This document shows, in pieces, positions 60,719 through 64,000 of a stretch of 64,000 nt of DNA. Source of the stretch: Malacoraja senta (Eukaryota); assembly GCA_038087875.1 (NCBI GenBank), contig CM075992.1:12588001-12652000 (forward strand), read 5' to 3'. Position numbers and translations under genes: made by a program. How positions within the stretch are numbered: the first letter of the stretch is position 1; each line of letters begins with the position of its first letter. The notes below the pieces were generated by a model that was not told where the DNA came from, ran no database searches, and saw nothing but the letters and a program-made list of their open reading frames with translations.

Positions 60719-63591
60719 GCTTTTATTTTTTTTCCCCATTTTTCCCCCCTGTTTATAGAGTTCTTGGATAATTGTAATCTCCCAAAACTTAATTTGATCG
60801 AACATGAGGAATTAGGTGCACAAATCTCAACTAAGGAAATAGATGAAACAATAAATTCATTATAGAATGGAAAAACACCAGGACCAGATGGTTTTAGTAA
60901 TGAATTTTATAAAAGATTCTACGAGATAATTACACCACGGTTACATAAAATGTATACATATGCTTTTAAAGAACATACACTTCCAGAAACACTAGCTGAA
61001 TCAACGATTACACTTATACCTAAAAAAGATAAAGATTTAGAAGACCCGGGTTCTTATAGAGCTATTGCGCTGTTAAATACAGATCAAAACATATTAGCGA
61101 AAACATTAGCTAGAAGATTACGTAAATATGTTAGTAAATTAATACATGCGGATCAAACGGGGTTTATACCCAAGAGATACTCATGCAATAATTTGAGACG
61201 TCTGTTTAATATAATGCACTCATATAAAACCGAAGAACAAGACTTATCAATTATTTCATTGGACGCAGAAAAAGCATTCGATCAAGTGGAATGGGATTAC
61301 CTTGTTAAAGTATTGCAAAATTTTCAAATGGGAAAGAATTTTATCGCTTGGGTAAAATTATTATATGACAGGCCTACTGCCAGAATATTAACTAATAATA
61401 TGTTGTCCCCGAAATTTCAATTATCACGGGGAAATAGACAGGGATGTTCATTATCACCTCTGCTATTTGATCTTGTAATAGAACCGTAAGCGGAAAGTAT
61501 TAGAATATATCCGAACATCCATGGTTATAATACAAAATACTCAAATAATAAAATATCATTATATGCAGATGATGTACTATTGTATATTACAAAATCACAA
61601 ATCAGTATACCAAATATATTAAATCTAAGTGAGGAATTTGGATCCTTTTCAGGATACAGAATAAATTGGAATAAAAGTGAAATTATGACGATTAAACCTC
61701 AAGACCCAACACACCTGTTAAAATTCCCTTTTAAAATCACTTCAGAAAAATTCAAATATTTGGGAATTGAAATTACTAGAAAATATAAATCTTTATTTAA
61801 TGCAAACTATATGCCCTTACTCAATAAACTAAACACACTGATTAAATTTTGGAAAACTCTCCCGATGTCTCTAATAGGCCGAATAAATGCTATAAAAATG
61901 ATTTTTTTAACACAAATTTTATATCTATTCCAGTCAATACTGATATACTTACCAAAAATTTGTTTTTAATAACTGGATGCTGATATTACAAATTTTATAT
62001 GTGACTATAATTCCCATAGAATTCAAAGAAGACATCTGTGCAAACCTAAAGAATTTGGCGGATTATCACTCCCTAATTTTTTGTATTATTGCTGGGCCGC
62101 AAATGTCAAAAATATGATTCACCTGTTGGACAACTCGGCCCAGCAGGTGGATTGGATAGTAATGGAGAGAGAGGACTGTTCCCCTTTTAATATAGGAGCG
62201 ATCCTTCTCGCACCAACAAAATTGAAGAATACAATATATAGTAAAAATCCAATTATCCATAGTACAATTAGAATTTGGAAACAAATAAAATTAACTTTAA
62301 AATTAAGAAATCTATCGCTTCTTTCACCTATAATGAATAATCCTTCGTTTAAACCTTCTACGATAGATAAATCGTTTACACACTGGGATAGACTAGGAAT
62401 TAAAACGTTTGGAGATATGTATGATAATGGAAGTTTTTTAACATTTCACCAACTACAACTTAAATACAACTTGAGTAGTAATCAATATTTTAAATATTTT
62501 CAAATACGTGACTATTTGAACAAATATACACAAGAATATCAAAATATGTCTCCAGACCTATTAGACGAGACAATGAATATAAAAGCGGAATCAACTAATT
62601 TAATATCATACCTGTATAATACCATCCTAAATATAGAAATACCATCATCTGATAGGATTAGAAGAGATTGGGAACAAGAACTAGCTATAAATATCTCGAA
62701 AGAGAGTTGGGATAAACACTTGTTATATGTGCATAAATGCTCGATTAATGTAAGACACATTCTAATTCAATTCAAAATCTTACATAGATTATATTATTCA
62801 AAAGCTAAAATAAGTAAATTTTACCCAAATGTCTCTTCTATCTGTGATAAATGTCTAACCCAAGAAGCAACTATAGCACATTCTTTTGTTTTTTGTATAA
62901 AAATTCAAAAATTTTGGAATTAAATCTTTGAAATTTTCACGAAATTATTAAAAATAAAACTGAAACCGAATGCAGAACTGACCATTTTTGGAACAATCGA
63001 AGCCAGTTTGGAGCTGACTTCGTTTCAAAGGAGCTTTCTTAATTATGGTTTAATAACGGCAAAAAAACGTATACTGAAATTTTGGAAAACCGCTCCCACG
63101 TCAACGACCAAAATGTGGATTTCTAATATGTGGGAACTGTTACACCTAGAAGATATGAGATTCCTCTTAGCGGGTAAACCAGACCAATTCCAAAAGATTT
63201 GGTCTCCATTTATCGACATTACAAATATAGGGTGCAACAAAATGTTGATAATAAATGGTTTCAGGACCTGGTGAGGGGTGAGTAAAGATATGAAGTAGGT
63301 ACATCCCTTTATCTTGTCCTATCTTATCTTACTTTTTTTTCTTTTTCTTTCTTTTGGTTTTTTCTCTTTTGTTTAACACTTTCTTGTGGTTTAGGTCCCT
63401 ATGGGTGTTCCTGGACCACTCTTTCAATCACTCACTTACTATCTCTGATAACTCTCTCTATCCTTTTTCTTATTAAAGTTCAAAATAAGAAGTGGTACAA
63501 GAAATGTATAATTTTATGTTTGTTTGAGATCACTGTATTGTACAATACTTCTAATAAAAAAATAAATTTAAAAAAAAGAAAGAAAAAAAAA
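60719..63591 (+). mobile_element. 5'-truncated degenerate L1-clade LINE
   Basis: PGPDG, SYRAIALLN, LDAEKAFD, RQGCSLSP, YADD and CDKC...HSFVFC, with a poly(A) tail. TSD GCAAATT at 60712-60718 and 63592-63598. Confidence 0.92.
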
Positions 63592-63891
63592 GCAAATTTC
63601 TTTTAAACTTCCTCTCACATCTTAAACCTATGCTCTTCAGAGTTTGACTGATCAACCCTGCGAAAAGGACTCTGACTATCGATCCTATTTTTCTTCTGTA
63701 CCTTTTTCAGGTTGCCCCTCAGTCTGCAACCCACCAACCGAAACAGTCCAAGTTTGTTCAAGCTTTCATTAGAGCTAATAGCCTCTGATGCAAGCAAGGT
63801 GAAATATTCTGCATCCTTTCTAAAGCTTCCACAGTGTGTCAACCAGAATGCACAAAATACTCCAAATATACCCAAATATGGTAAATACTGA

Positions 63892-63990
63892 ATAGACACA
63901 AAATGCTGGAATAACTCAGCGAGAGAGGCTGCATCTCTGGAGAGAAGGAATGCATGACGTGTTGGGTCAAGACGCTTCTTCAGACCGAGT
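63892..63990 (-). repeat. Penelope pLTR-derived short repeat
   Basis: Same motif as 961-1100. Confidence 0.7.
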
Positions 63991-64000
63991 GAGAGGACAG

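Overview
Eukaryotic genomic DNA, about 90% transposable elements. The repeat families (CR1 LINEs, Penelope, tRNA/V-type SINEs, L1, DIRS) suggest a cartilaginous fish such as a skate or ray (inference). The only host gene recognised is four exons (TM3-TM7) of an ADGRE5/CD97-like adhesion GPCR on + (30190-37342). Its second exon appears about 4 nt short, giving a frameshift and TGA. Mobile elements: a near-intact CR1 ORF2; a full Gypsy LTR element (5853-10525); a full but degenerate DIRS element with ITRs and ICR (47274-52254); a non-autonomous Helitron (57120-60251) with a textbook Pol II promoter and a 72-bp tandem array; two L1 copies; several Penelope copies and pLTR-derived palindromes with minimal hammerhead cores. 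The most striking find is a small non-autonomous LTR element (about 160-bp LTRs, tRNA-Ser PBS, PPT). Its interior is a mosaic of an intronless TLK2 mRNA fragment and ASPM-like IQ-repeat fragments. It sits in one arm of a multi-kb inverted segmental duplication (about 11.9-16.9 kb vs 24.9-29.8 kb). Several insertions are flanked by abnormally long direct duplications (95, 127 and 411 bp). All calls are by eye, without database searches, and boundaries of old TE fragments are approximate.
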